Positions 1-8,513 of a stretch of 64,000 bases of DNA are shown here, in pieces. This DNA comes from Desulfurellales bacterium. Lineage in GTDB: Bacteria > Campylobacterota_A > Desulfurellia > Desulfurellales > Hippeaceae. Location: positions 19 through 64,018 of the forward strand of contig JAMOQJ010000012.1 in NCBI GenBank assembly GCA_027064065.1, given 5' to 3'. The position numbers and the translations under genes were made by a program. The stretch's first letter is position 1. Each line of letters begins with the position of its first letter. The notes under the pieces were generated by a model. It saw only the letters and a list, made by a program, of their open reading frames with translations, was not told where the DNA came from and searched no databases.

Positions 1-728
1 CTATATATGAATTAATAAAAAGTGAGACAGATTTTGATTTTGATGTTAGTGCAGGCCACTCTCTTGGTGAATATTCTGCTTTGGTTGCTTCTGGTTCGTT
101 GGATATTGCCGATGCCGTTTTCGCTGTCCATAAAAGAGGCCAATTTATGCAGGAAGCTGTGAAAGAAGGCGTAGGTGCTATGGCTGCAATTTTAACAAAA
201 AATCACAATAGAGTTGAAGAGATTTGCGAGATGGTTTCTAAAGAGTCTGACGATAGCTATTGCAATATAGCAAATTATAATGCCAAAAATCAGGTTATAG
301 TATCAGGATATAAAAAAGGCGTAGAAAGAATTATGGAAGAAGCAAAAAAGGAAGGTTTAGGCAAAGCCATTCCGCTAAACGTTAGCGCTCCTTTCCATTG
401 CAATTTAATGAAACCGGTTGAAGATAAAATGGCTAAAGTCTTGGACGAGATAGCTCTTAAAAACCCAAAAAAGCCTGTTATAGAGAATGTTTATGCAGAC
501 GTAATAGAAAGCAAGGAACAGATAAAAAGATACTTGATAGAGCAGATAACAAAACCTGTAAAATGGATTCAAAACATAGAAAAGGCTATTGATTTAGGGT
601 GTAGTGAATTTGTAGAATTTGGTCCTAAAAACGTTCTTTCGGCAATGCTCAAAAGGGATTATAGGAAAGCAAATATAAATTATGTTGTTGACTTAGAAAG
701 CTATAATGGTTATAAGGATAAAATATGA
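1..728 (+). CDS. fabD: malonyl CoA-ACP transacylase, 5' end cut by the window edge
   Basis: The frame from nt 3 reads ...DVSAGHSLGEYSALVASGS (GHSLGE active-site motif). The stop overlaps the fabG start (ATGA at 725-728). The gene sits in the fab cluster. Confidence 0.9.
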   Translation, partial: IYELIKSETDFDFDVSAGHSLGEYSALVASGSLDIADAVFAVHKRGQFMQEAVKEGVGAMAAILTKNHNRVEEICEMVSKESDDSYCNIANYNAKNQVIVSGYKKGVERIMEEAKKEGLGKAIPLNVSAPFHCNLMKPVEDKMAKVLDEIALKNPKKPVIENVYADVIESKEQIKRYLIEQITKPVKWIQNIEKAIDLGCSEFVEFGPKNVLSAMLKRDYRKANINYVVDLESYNGYKDKI

Positions 729-1468
729 AGTTTGCAGGTAGCGTAGCGCTAATCACAGGCGCATCAAAGGGTATAGGTGCTCAAATAGCAAGACAGCTTG
801 CGCAAAAGGGTATAGTTGTGCTTGTAAATTATTCGAGTAGCGACGATGCGGCTATTGCTCTTCAACAAGAGATAAGAAGAGATGGCGGCGAGTGCGAATT
901 GTATAAATTTAATGTTGCTGATTTTTCACAAGTTAAAACAGCTATTGATGGAATAATAAAAAAATACAAAAAGATTGATTACTTAATAAATAATGCCGGG
1001 ATTACATCGGACAATCTTTTGTTAAAGATGAGCGAAGAGGAATTTTCAAAAGTAATAGATGTTAATTTGAAGGGTGCCTTTAATTGCACAAAGCATGTCT
1101 CTCGATGGATGATTAAGAATAAGTTTGGCGTGATAATTAATATTTCGAGTATTATCGGACTTATGGGTAATGCTGGACAATCAAACTATGCAGCATCAAA
1201 ATCTGGGTTAATAGGTTTTACAAAATCCTTAGCAAAGGAATTGGGCTCAAGAAATATAAGGGTGAACGCTATAGCACCCGGTTTTATAGAAACAGAGATG
1301 ACAGAGAAGTTAAATATAATACAGAAGAAAACGCTTGTGAGCTCTATAGCGTTAAAAAGACTTGGCAGTACTGAAGATGTAGCAAATTTAGTTGAGTTTT
1401 TAATAAGCGAAGAAGCTTCATATATAACCGGAGAGACCATCAATATTAGTGGTGGATTGTATATATAA
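725..1468 (+). CDS. fabG: 3-oxoacyl-ACP reductase (SDR family)
   Basis: TGASKGIG, NNAG and YAASK motifs are present. The gene lies between fabD and acpP. Confidence 0.92.
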   Translation: MKFAGSVALITGASKGIGAQIARQLAQKGIVVLVNYSSSDDAAIALQQEIRRDGGECELYKFNVADFSQVKTAIDGIIKKYKKIDYLINNAGITSDNLLLKMSEEEFSKVIDVNLKGAFNCTKHVSRWMIKNKFGVIINISSIIGLMGNAGQSNYAASKSGLIGFTKSLAKELGSRNIRVNAIAPGFIETEMTEKLNIIQKKTLVSSIALKRLGSTEDVANLVEFLISEEASYITGETINISGGLYI

Positions 1469-1489
1469 AAAATAGAGGAGGTTTGGATT

Positions 1490-1720
1490 ATGTCAGTTGC
1501 AGATGAGGTAAAACAGATTATCATTGAACAGTTGGGAGTTGATGAAGAAGAGGTAAAACCAGAAGCTAAATTTGTAGAGGATTTGGGTGCTGACTCTTTG
1601 GATACGGTTGAGCTTGTAATGGCAATGGAAGAGAAGTTTGGTATAGATATTCCTGATTCTGATGCTGAGCAGATTAAAACGGTTCAGGATGCTATAGACT
1701 ACGTAGAACAACACAAATAA
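1490..1720 (+). CDS. acpP: acyl carrier protein
   Basis: 76 aa with a [11 protein letters not shown] phosphopantetheine-attachment motif. A GAGGAGG SD lies upstream. Confidence 0.95.
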   Translation: MSVADEVKQIIIEQLGVDEEEVKPEAKFVEDLGADSLDTVELVMAMEEKFGIDIPDSDAEQIKTVQDAIDYVEQHK

Positions 1721-1730
1721 GGTTGTAGAT

Positions 1731-2966
1731 ATGAGAAGAGTTGTTGTTACAGGTGTTGGAGCTTTAACGCCTGTAGGCTTAAGCGCCAAGGAGAGTTTTG
1801 AGAATGCTTGCAAAGGCGTAAGCGGTATAGATAAAATAACTCGATTTGACGCAAGCAATCTTACCGTTCAGATAGCCGGAGAGGTTAAAGGATTTGAACC
1901 TGCGAAATATGTAGACAAAAAAGATATAAAAAAAATAGACCTTTTTTCTCTTTATGCTATTGCCGCATCAAAAGAGGCTTTGGAATCATCTGGTATAGAT
2001 ATAAACAAAGAAAACCCTTTTAGGGTAGGTGTTAGTGTTGGCTCGGGTATAGGTGGTTTAGGTACTATAGAAAAGTACAATGAAGCGTATTTAAAAAGAG
2101 GTCAAAAAGGCGTATCTCCGTTCTTTATTCCAATTGCTGTGATTAATATGGCAAGCGGAAATATAGCTATGCAGTTTGGGTTAAAAGGTCCAAACTTTAG
2201 CGATGTTACAGCATGTGCAACGGGAACCCATTCTATAGGATTAGCAGCAAGAGCAATAGCTTACGGTGATGCTGATGTTATGGTTTGTGGCGGTAGTGAA
2301 TCTACGATTACGCCTCTTGCTGTTTCTGGTTTTGCCAACATGAAGGCTTTATCTACAAGAAACGATGAACCGACAAAGGCATCCAGGCCTTTTGATAGGG
2401 ATAGAGATGGGTTTATTATAGCTGAAGGTGCTGGTGTGTTGATACTTGAAGAGTATGAGCATGCTAAAAAAAGAGGTGCGGAAATCTTAGCTGAGTTTGC
2501 GGGTTTTGGTATGAGTGATGATGCTTATCACTTTACAGCACCCGACCCAAACGGCGAAGGCGCAAAATATGCTATAAAAATGGCTTTGGATGATGCAAAG
2601 ATAGAGCCAACTGAGGTTGATTATATAAATGCTCACGGAACATCCACCCATTTTAACGACATAATAGAAACAAAAGCCATAAAAGAGATATTTGGTGAGC
2701 ATGCCTATAAGCTTGCTATAAGTTCAACAAAATCAGTTACAGGTCATCTATTGGGAGCTGCGGGTGGAGTCGAAGCTGTGTTCAGCATACTTGCAATTAA
2801 AAATTCTACAATTCCGCCTACTATGAATCTTGAAAACCCAGATGATGAATGTGATTTGTTTTATACTCCGAATGAAGCCATAAGTAGAAATATAAACTAT
2901 GCAATGTCAAACTCATTTGGGTTTGGCGGCACAAACGCAGTTGTAGTATTTAAGAAATTTAGCTAG
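1731..2966 (+). CDS. fabF: 3-oxoacyl-ACP synthase II
   Basis: 411 aa with [10 protein letters not shown] (active Cys), [19 protein letters not shown] and FGFGGTNA motifs. Confidence 0.93.
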   Translation: MRRVVVTGVGALTPVGLSAKESFENACKGVSGIDKITRFDASNLTVQIAGEVKGFEPAKYVDKKDIKKIDLFSLYAIAASKEALESSGIDINKENPFRVGVSVGSGIGGLGTIEKYNEAYLKRGQKGVSPFFIPIAVINMASGNIAMQFGLKGPNFSDVTACATGTHSIGLAARAIAYGDADVMVCGGSESTITPLAVSGFANMKALSTRNDEPTKASRPFDRDRDGFIIAEGAGVLILEEYEHAKKRGAEILAEFAGFGMSDDAYHFTAPDPNGEGAKYAIKMALDDAKIEPTEVDYINAHGTSTHFNDIIETKAIKEIFGEHAYKLAISSTKSVTGHLLGAAGGVEAVFSILAIKNSTIPPTMNLENPDDECDLFYTPNEAISRNINYAMSNSFGFGGTNAVVVFKKFS

Positions 2967-2993
2967 GCAGTTTGTGCCTAGCTTTTCTTTTTT
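2961..2993 (+). terminator. intrinsic terminator after fabF
   Basis: AGCTAGGCA-gtttg-TGCCTAGCT stem (2961-2983, includes the fabF stop) followed by TTTCTTTTTT. Confidence 0.7.
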
Positions 2994-3638
2994 ATGAAAC
3001 CTATATTTTTTGACTTAGACGGTACGCTTATAGATTCAAAACTTGATATAGCAAATAGCGTCAATTCAGCCTTAAAACATTTTAATCTTTTGCCCATAAA
3101 AAACGAAAAGATTTATGAGTTTGTTGGAACAGGTGTAAAACAACTGCTCATAGATTGTTTGACACTTCAAAATAAAATGGATGTGTTTGATGATTTTTTT
3201 GACTATTTCTTAAATTACTACTACAATCACCTTTTGGACAATACCGTTTTATACGACGGCGTTGAAGATGTGCTCAACAATCTATATAAAAAATATGAAC
3301 TATTTATAGTTACCAATAAGAGTGAGGTTTTTGCCTATAAGGTTGTTGAAGGTTTGAATATTGGTGATTATTTTAAGGATATAGTAGGAGGAGATACTTA
3401 TAAAAACAAAAAACCTCATCCTGAGCAGATACTGCAGCTTGCCAAAAGGTATAAGCTCAATATAGACAATAGCATGCTTGTAGGCGATTCAGAGAGCGAT
3501 ATTATGGCTGCAAAGTCTGCAAATCTAAAAATAGCATGGGCGTCTTACGGTTTTAGAAACAAAAACATATTGCAACACTACGATGTTGATTTTATCATAA
3601 AGAAACCTAAAGATATATTGGATATTGTAGATTTCTAA
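2994..3638 (+). CDS. HAD-superfamily hydrolase, phosphoglycolate-phosphatase-like
   Basis: FFDLDGTLIDS motif I, VTNKS and VGDSESDIMAAK motifs. Confidence 0.7.
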   Translation: MKPIFFDLDGTLIDSKLDIANSVNSALKHFNLLPIKNEKIYEFVGTGVKQLLIDCLTLQNKMDVFDDFFDYFLNYYYNHLLDNTVLYDGVEDVLNNLYKKYELFIVTNKSEVFAYKVVEGLNIGDYFKDIVGGDTYKNKKPHPEQILQLAKRYKLNIDNSMLVGDSESDIMAAKSANLKIAWASYGFRNKNILQHYDVDFIIKKPKDILDIVDF

Positions 3639-3946
3639 TTATTCACTTCTCCAATTTTTTTCTGTATAGATGCTATCTTTTGCTCCATTCTATTATTAAC
3701 GTTTTTCCTTATATCGAATTTTATAGTTGAATAAATTCTGTTACAGTCAGGCTCTAAACATTTATAAGCTGCATTAATTACGTTGAGTGCATCTTCCATT
3801 GTTTCTGTTTCAAACACCGTTCCCATAGGCGTTAATTTATAATTTACATTTCCTTCTTTAAACATTTTTATGATTCTGCTTACATAACTGCTAACGCTTT
3901 CGCCTTTATCAGTTGGAAACATGGCAAATTCAACCAACACTGACAT
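3635..3946 (-). CDS. MTH1187/YkoF-like small protein (DUF77, thiamine-binding family)
   Basis: 103 aa. The N-terminus VEFAMFPTDKGESVSSYV and the overall pattern recall the DUF77 family. Confidence 0.55.
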   Translation of the reverse strand: MSVLVEFAMFPTDKGESVSSYVSRIIKMFKEGNVNYKLTPMGTVFETETMEDALNVINAAYKCLEPDCNRIYSTIKFDIRKNVNNRMEQKIASIQKKIGEVNN

Positions 3947-3956
3947 ATATTTCCTC

Positions 3957-4349
3957 CTATTTTACCGGAAGGTTTTTTGCACATTCCGGCAGTCGTGTTA
4001 TTTTTGAACCCTTTTTTATTGCCACAGACAGTATGTCTATTGAAGCCCTTAATTCATTATCCACCTTTATATCAAAATGTAGTATAAGACTAGCTTTTTT
4101 AAGCTCTTTAACGCAAACATAGACGTCAACATTCTCACCCAGTTCAATACTTTTGATGTATTCGGCTTTTACTTCTTTGACTACAAGGTATATATCTTCG
4201 TAGTGCAATTTAAACAAATCGCACGAATGTTTTAGAAAGAATTCCTGTTTGGCTCTTTCGCAAAATTTCAGATAGTTTGCATAATATACAACACCACCTG
4301 CGTCTGTATCGTCGTAGTATATTTTGGTAGAGTAGCTTAATTCACACAT
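3957..4349 (-). CDS. acyl-CoA thioesterase, YbgC/4HBT hot-dog family
   Basis: YYDDTDAGGVVYYANYLKFCERA is typical of the 4HBT fold. 130 aa. Confidence 0.7.
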   Translation of the reverse strand: MCELSYSTKIYYDDTDAGGVVYYANYLKFCERAKQEFFLKHSCDLFKLHYEDIYLVVKEVKAEYIKSIELGENVDVYVCVKELKKASLILHFDIKVDNELRASIDILSVAIKKGSKITRLPECAKNLPVK

Positions 4350-5559
4350 CTTTTTTCTCCGTTAACAACTGTTTTGTGTATTGTTTTGCTTTTTCCACAC
4401 CCGGTTGATTAAAAGGGTCTATCTCTAAAATTTCTCCAGCTTTTGCTGTTGCAATCATTAGAGACATATACAATGCCCCTAAGGAAAATTCATTTTTTTC
4501 TTTTAAGAATACATCACCACACGGGACATTTTTTTCTGTTAGGGCTTTGAAGGTTGCTTTTTTTTGGGTACTCATAATTTCTGTAACCTTCTTGTTTTTA
4601 AGGTATGAAAAACCTTTAATCTCGTCCACAATAAAATCACTGTCTGCTACCGTGTCCAAAAAAATAATAACCTTATCTTTTTTTCCATCTGAATAGAGTT
4701 GAAGTTGCGAATGTTGGTCTGTTGTGCCCAAAGCCTTTATTACGGTTTGACCTTTTTCTTGTTTTCCCAAACTCTCTGCCCAAAGTTGCCTAAACCAATC
4801 TACGATACCGTATAATGAATCCTTGTATGCGAACATAACCAATATATTTTTGCCTTTTTTGTATTCTCCTAAGGTAAATTTCGTAAAGTCATTTGGAAAA
4901 TTCCAACCGTTTCTATATGACCTAACGGCTGTTTTTGCGCCTTCTATGAATGTTTCTATATCATTCCCAAAGAAAGCTATGGGAATAAGTCCTACAGATG
5001 TAAATACGCTAAATCTGCCACCTGTATCATCAGGTATAAAAAAGGTTTTGATGTTATGTTCTTTGGCAAATTCATACAAAAATCCATGTTGCGATGTAGT
5101 AAATACAAAGTGATTATGTATATTGTCTTTTAGTGTCTTTTTTAAAGATTCGTATATAATGGCAAATTGCACTATCGTTTCAGTTGTTGAGCCGCTTTTT
5201 GATACTATATGAAATAGTGTTTCATGTGGATTTAAAGAGAGCACAAACTTCAATCGTTGCGGGTCTATATTATCCAAAACAAAATACTTTTTATCTTTTG
5301 TGTAGTTAAAATATATGCCATTTAAAAATTCTATGGAAGATGTAGCTCCGAGTGCACTACCGCCAATTCCTATTTGGACAAAATTTTTAAAATTGTTTAC
5401 AGAAGATATGTAATTTTTAACATCATCTACCAAATTTTTTGTACACAGACTCCTAATGAAACCGTAATTAGTTTTGTAGTCTAATTTAGGTTGATAGTCG
5501 ATATTAAACGTGTAGTCAAATAAACTCTCCATTCTTGAAACTTCTGGCATTTTTTTCAT
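4342..5559 (-). CDS. pgi: glucose-6-phosphate isomerase
   Basis: GIGGSALG and SKSGSTTET SIS-domain motifs. 405 aa. Confidence 0.8.
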   Translation of the reverse strand: MKKMPEVSRMESLFDYTFNIDYQPKLDYKTNYGFIRSLCTKNLVDDVKNYISSVNNFKNFVQIGIGGSALGATSSIEFLNGIYFNYTKDKKYFVLDNIDPQRLKFVLSLNPHETLFHIVSKSGSTTETIVQFAIIYESLKKTLKDNIHNHFVFTTSQHGFLYEFAKEHNIKTFFIPDDTGGRFSVFTSVGLIPIAFFGNDIETFIEGAKTAVRSYRNGWNFPNDFTKFTLGEYKKGKNILVMFAYKDSLYGIVDWFRQLWAESLGKQEKGQTVIKALGTTDQHSQLQLYSDGKKDKVIIFLDTVADSDFIVDEIKGFSYLKNKKVTEIMSTQKKATFKALTEKNVPCGDVFLKEKNEFSLGALYMSLMIATAKAGEILEIDPFNQPGVEKAKQYTKQLLTEKKDV

Positions 5560-5658
5560 TTCTACCTCATAATTTGAATATGTTTATCTCTTGTGAAGGT
5601 TTATCACTCCATCCTTTTTATTTAAGATAAGGAAAGGCTTAAGCCCTTCCTTGAATAA

Positions 5659-6645
5659 TTATACCCTAAATGCCGAACCTAAAACCTCTTTATTTTTTCT
5701 TTCATACATCTTGATAAGCTCATCTCTTGCTGGACCTAAATATTTTCTTGGGTCAAATTCTTGTGGTTTATTCCATAAAACTTCCCTTACCTTAGCCGTC
5801 ATAACGAGTCTTCCGTCTGAGTCAATATTGATTTTACAAACCGCACTTTTTGCAGCTTTTCTCAATTGGTCTTCAGGCACACCCACAGCACCTTCTAAGT
5901 TACCGCCATACTGATTTATTATTTTTACATATTCCTGAAGAACGCTTGATGCTCCATGCAGCACTATTGGAAATCCAGGGATTCTTTTTTCTATCTCTTC
6001 AAGGATATCAAACCTTAATGGTGGAACTTCTTCTCCTTCCTTTAATTTAAATTTATAAGCGCCATGAGATGTTCCTATGGCTATAGCCAATGAATCTACT
6101 TTTGTCCTGTTTACGAAATCCTCAACGTCGTCTGGATTTGTGTATGTGTGCTCTTCGGCTTTGACATCATCTTCTATGCCTGCCAAAACACCCAATTCTC
6201 CTTCTACGGTTACATCATATTGATGAGCATATTCAACGACCTTTTTTGTAAGTTCGATATTTTCTTCATACGGCAGATGGCTTCCGTCAATCATCACAGA
6301 AGAAAAACCCATATCAACGCAACTTTTGCATAGCTCAAAGCTATCGCCATGGTCTAAATGCATGGCTATAGGAATTTCTTTTAAATTATTCTCCTTTGCT
6401 AACTCCTTCATAAATTCTACTGCTCCTTGCCCCATCCATCTTAAAAGCGTTTGATTGGCATAATTTCTTGCGCCTTTTGATACCTGAAGGATGACAGGAG
6501 ATTGCGTCATGGTGCATGCTGTAATAATGGCTTGTAACTGCTCCATATTATTAAAGTTGTAGGCAGGAACAGCATAACCCTTCTCTATTGCATCTTTGAA
6601 CATATCTTTAGTATTAACAAAACCCAACTTACTGTAATGAATCAT
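5659..6645 (-). CDS. fba: class II fructose-bisphosphate aldolase
   Basis: AVPAYNFNN, HLDHG and GTSHGAYKF motifs. 328 aa. Confidence 0.9.
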   Translation of the reverse strand: MIHYSKLGFVNTKDMFKDAIEKGYAVPAYNFNNMEQLQAIITACTMTQSPVILQVSKGARNYANQTLLRWMGQGAVEFMKELAKENNLKEIPIAMHLDHGDSFELCKSCVDMGFSSVMIDGSHLPYEENIELTKKVVEYAHQYDVTVEGELGVLAGIEDDVKAEEHTYTNPDDVEDFVNRTKVDSLAIAIGTSHGAYKFKLKEGEEVPPLRFDILEEIEKRIPGFPIVLHGASSVLQEYVKIINQYGGNLEGAVGVPEDQLRKAAKSAVCKINIDSDGRLVMTAKVREVLWNKPQEFDPRKYLGPARDELIKMYERKNKEVLGSAFRV

Positions 6646-6716
6646 AAAACCTCCCTTTTTTGATTGTAGTTTACATATAAGTTATAATAAGATTTTTTGA
6701 TACATTCAAGAAAAAT

Positions 6717-6751
6717 CAAACAAAATTTTACATTGAGTAAAATTTTGTTTG
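6717..6751. promoter_or_regulatory. perfect 15-5-15 inverted repeat in the fba/eamA divergent intergenic region
   Basis: CAAACAAAATTTTAC-attga-GTAAAATTTTGTTTG was read directly. It lies between divergently transcribed genes, so it is not a terminator for either. Confidence 0.6.
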
Positions 6752-6813
6752 CATAAACCTTTATTTTTCATATTCTAAATTGTTTATTGTGGAGAATTAA
6801 GGAAGGGTAGTTT

Positions 6814-7701
6814 ATGAAAGATATATCAGTTTTAGCTTTACTTTTTTTAGCGACGTTTGCGTGGGGTGTCGGTTTTCCTATATCTAAAATCGGTATTCAT
6901 TATATCCCGCCGTTTACATTTGCTCTGTTTAGGTTTTTTATTACCTCTGTTATGTTCATTATTATCTTGAACAAAAAGGATAAAAATATTCTTTCTGATA
7001 TGAAAAAATATTTTATACCGCTTTCAATGATGGGCTTGAGCGGAATAACCATATACAACTTTTTTTATCTTTATTCATTAAAGTTTACGCTTGCTTCAAA
7101 TTCCGTTTTAATAGCTTCGTTTAACCCGATAATTACTACGATAATAGCAGCAGTCTTTTTGAAAGAGAAAATAAATTTTTTCATGGGTTTGGGCATATTA
7201 ATATCCTTATTTGGCGTTTTGATAATCATAAGCCACGGTTCTTTAGATGTTATATTAAATTTTTCATTTAATTTAGGCGATATTTTTATGTTGATTGCAA
7301 CATTTTTATGGGCGGTCTATTCAGTTTTAGGAAAGAAAATAATAAGTGTCATAGGCTATTCGAAGTCGGTAGCGTTATCTACAATTTTAGGAACATTGTA
7401 TTTAATTCCTTTATCATTGTTTTTTGAAGATGGTGTAAAAAATACGTTCTCATATCCTTTTGTTGCTTGGGCAAGCGTTTTGTATATGGCTTTTGTGGCT
7501 ACGCTTTTTGCATTTAGTGTTTGGTATAAGGGAGTTGAAAGATTTGGTGCTGCAAAAACAAGTATATTTGTAAACCTTGTACCTGTATTCGGTGTTATAT
7601 CTTCATCATTTATGTTGCATGAGAAGGTGGGGCTAACTACAATTGCAGGAGGCGTTTTGGTTATAGTAGGCGTTATAATAACCAATAAATCAAGGGTTTA
7701 G
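6814..7701 (+). CDS. EamA/DMT-family transporter
   Basis: 295 aa, about ten hydrophobic segments, two-repeat EamA architecture. A GGAAGGG SD lies upstream. Confidence 0.8.
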   Translation: MKDISVLALLFLATFAWGVGFPISKIGIHYIPPFTFALFRFFITSVMFIIILNKKDKNILSDMKKYFIPLSMMGLSGITIYNFFYLYSLKFTLASNSVLIASFNPIITTIIAAVFLKEKINFFMGLGILISLFGVLIIISHGSLDVILNFSFNLGDIFMLIATFLWAVYSVLGKKIISVIGYSKSVALSTILGTLYLIPLSLFFEDGVKNTFSYPFVAWASVLYMAFVATLFAFSVWYKGVERFGAAKTSIFVNLVPVFGVISSSFMLHEKVGLTTIAGGVLVIVGVIITNKSRV

Positions 7702-7744
7702 ATTTAGTATAGTTTTATTTTGAGTAATTATAATGAAATTTTTC

Positions 7745-7773
7745 TTGATATTGAACGGTATTTAATCTAATAT
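7745..7773 (+). promoter_or_regulatory. candidate sigma-70 promoter for the orphan/EF-G-like pair
   Basis: TTGATA (7745-7750), a 17-nt spacer, then TAATAT (7768-7773). Confidence 0.4.
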
Positions 7774-7867
7774 ATTTTTAGTTAAGAATAGATTTAAAAA
7801 GTTCTTTCAGATAGAGAGTTATATGTTTAATAAGGCTATATCTAAACGAAGAAAGGAGTAGTTGCCC

Positions 7868-8488
7868 ATGGAAACTCTTACCATTTGCGTACCGTTTTTC
7901 GCCTTACCGGGTTTGCCGAAGGAGTGTGATTCTCTTGTAGGCAATCAAAATTTAATCCTAAGGGATATTTTGGGTTTAAATCCGCTCAAGAAAGGTGAAT
8001 ATGAAAACGGACCCTATTTAGAAGGATTTAATGTTGACGGAAAGTTAGACTATGTTTTTTACTTTGAAGAAGTAGAAAAGATTGTAGAGAAGAAAGAGTA
8101 CGATAAAATTTATGTTCTCTTTAGGGCTATTTACAAACCTTACGAAAAGGACACTCAACATCTTATAATAGGTTACTATACAGTTGAAAATACAAAGGGC
8201 GTTGAAATAATACCGGGAGTTTACTCTATAACGGGAACCAGTGCGCATTTTGTAGATTATAACGATGCGTTTGATATAACCGACACTATAGTCGGATATA
8301 ACCTTCAGGACTCAATTATGAAGAGCAACAGCGAGAACCATCCGGAATATAAGGATATGATTAATGATTGGTTTAATCATATAAGTACAAAAGAAAATAA
8401 AATTGAAGACTATATAGAAAGAAGCAAACAATTAAGAGCAAAAAGAACAGAAGAAGAATTCAAAAAAGCATTAAAGGATTGTTTGTAA
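7868..8488 (+). CDS. hypothetical protein, no family recognised
   Basis: The ORF is open from TTG 7862. ATG 7868 lies 9 nt after AGGAG (7854-7858). The protein is soluble with a charged C-terminal helix. It ends 25 nt before the EF-G-like gene. Confidence 0.6.
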   Translation: METLTICVPFFALPGLPKECDSLVGNQNLILRDILGLNPLKKGEYENGPYLEGFNVDGKLDYVFYFEEVEKIVEKKEYDKIYVLFRAIYKPYEKDTQHLIIGYYTVENTKGVEIIPGVYSITGTSAHFVDYNDAFDITDTIVGYNLQDSIMKSNSENHPEYKDMINDWFNHISTKENKIEDYIERSKQLRAKRTEEEFKKALKDCL

Positions 8489-8513
8489 AAATTAAATCGG
8501 AGGTATTCTTTAT

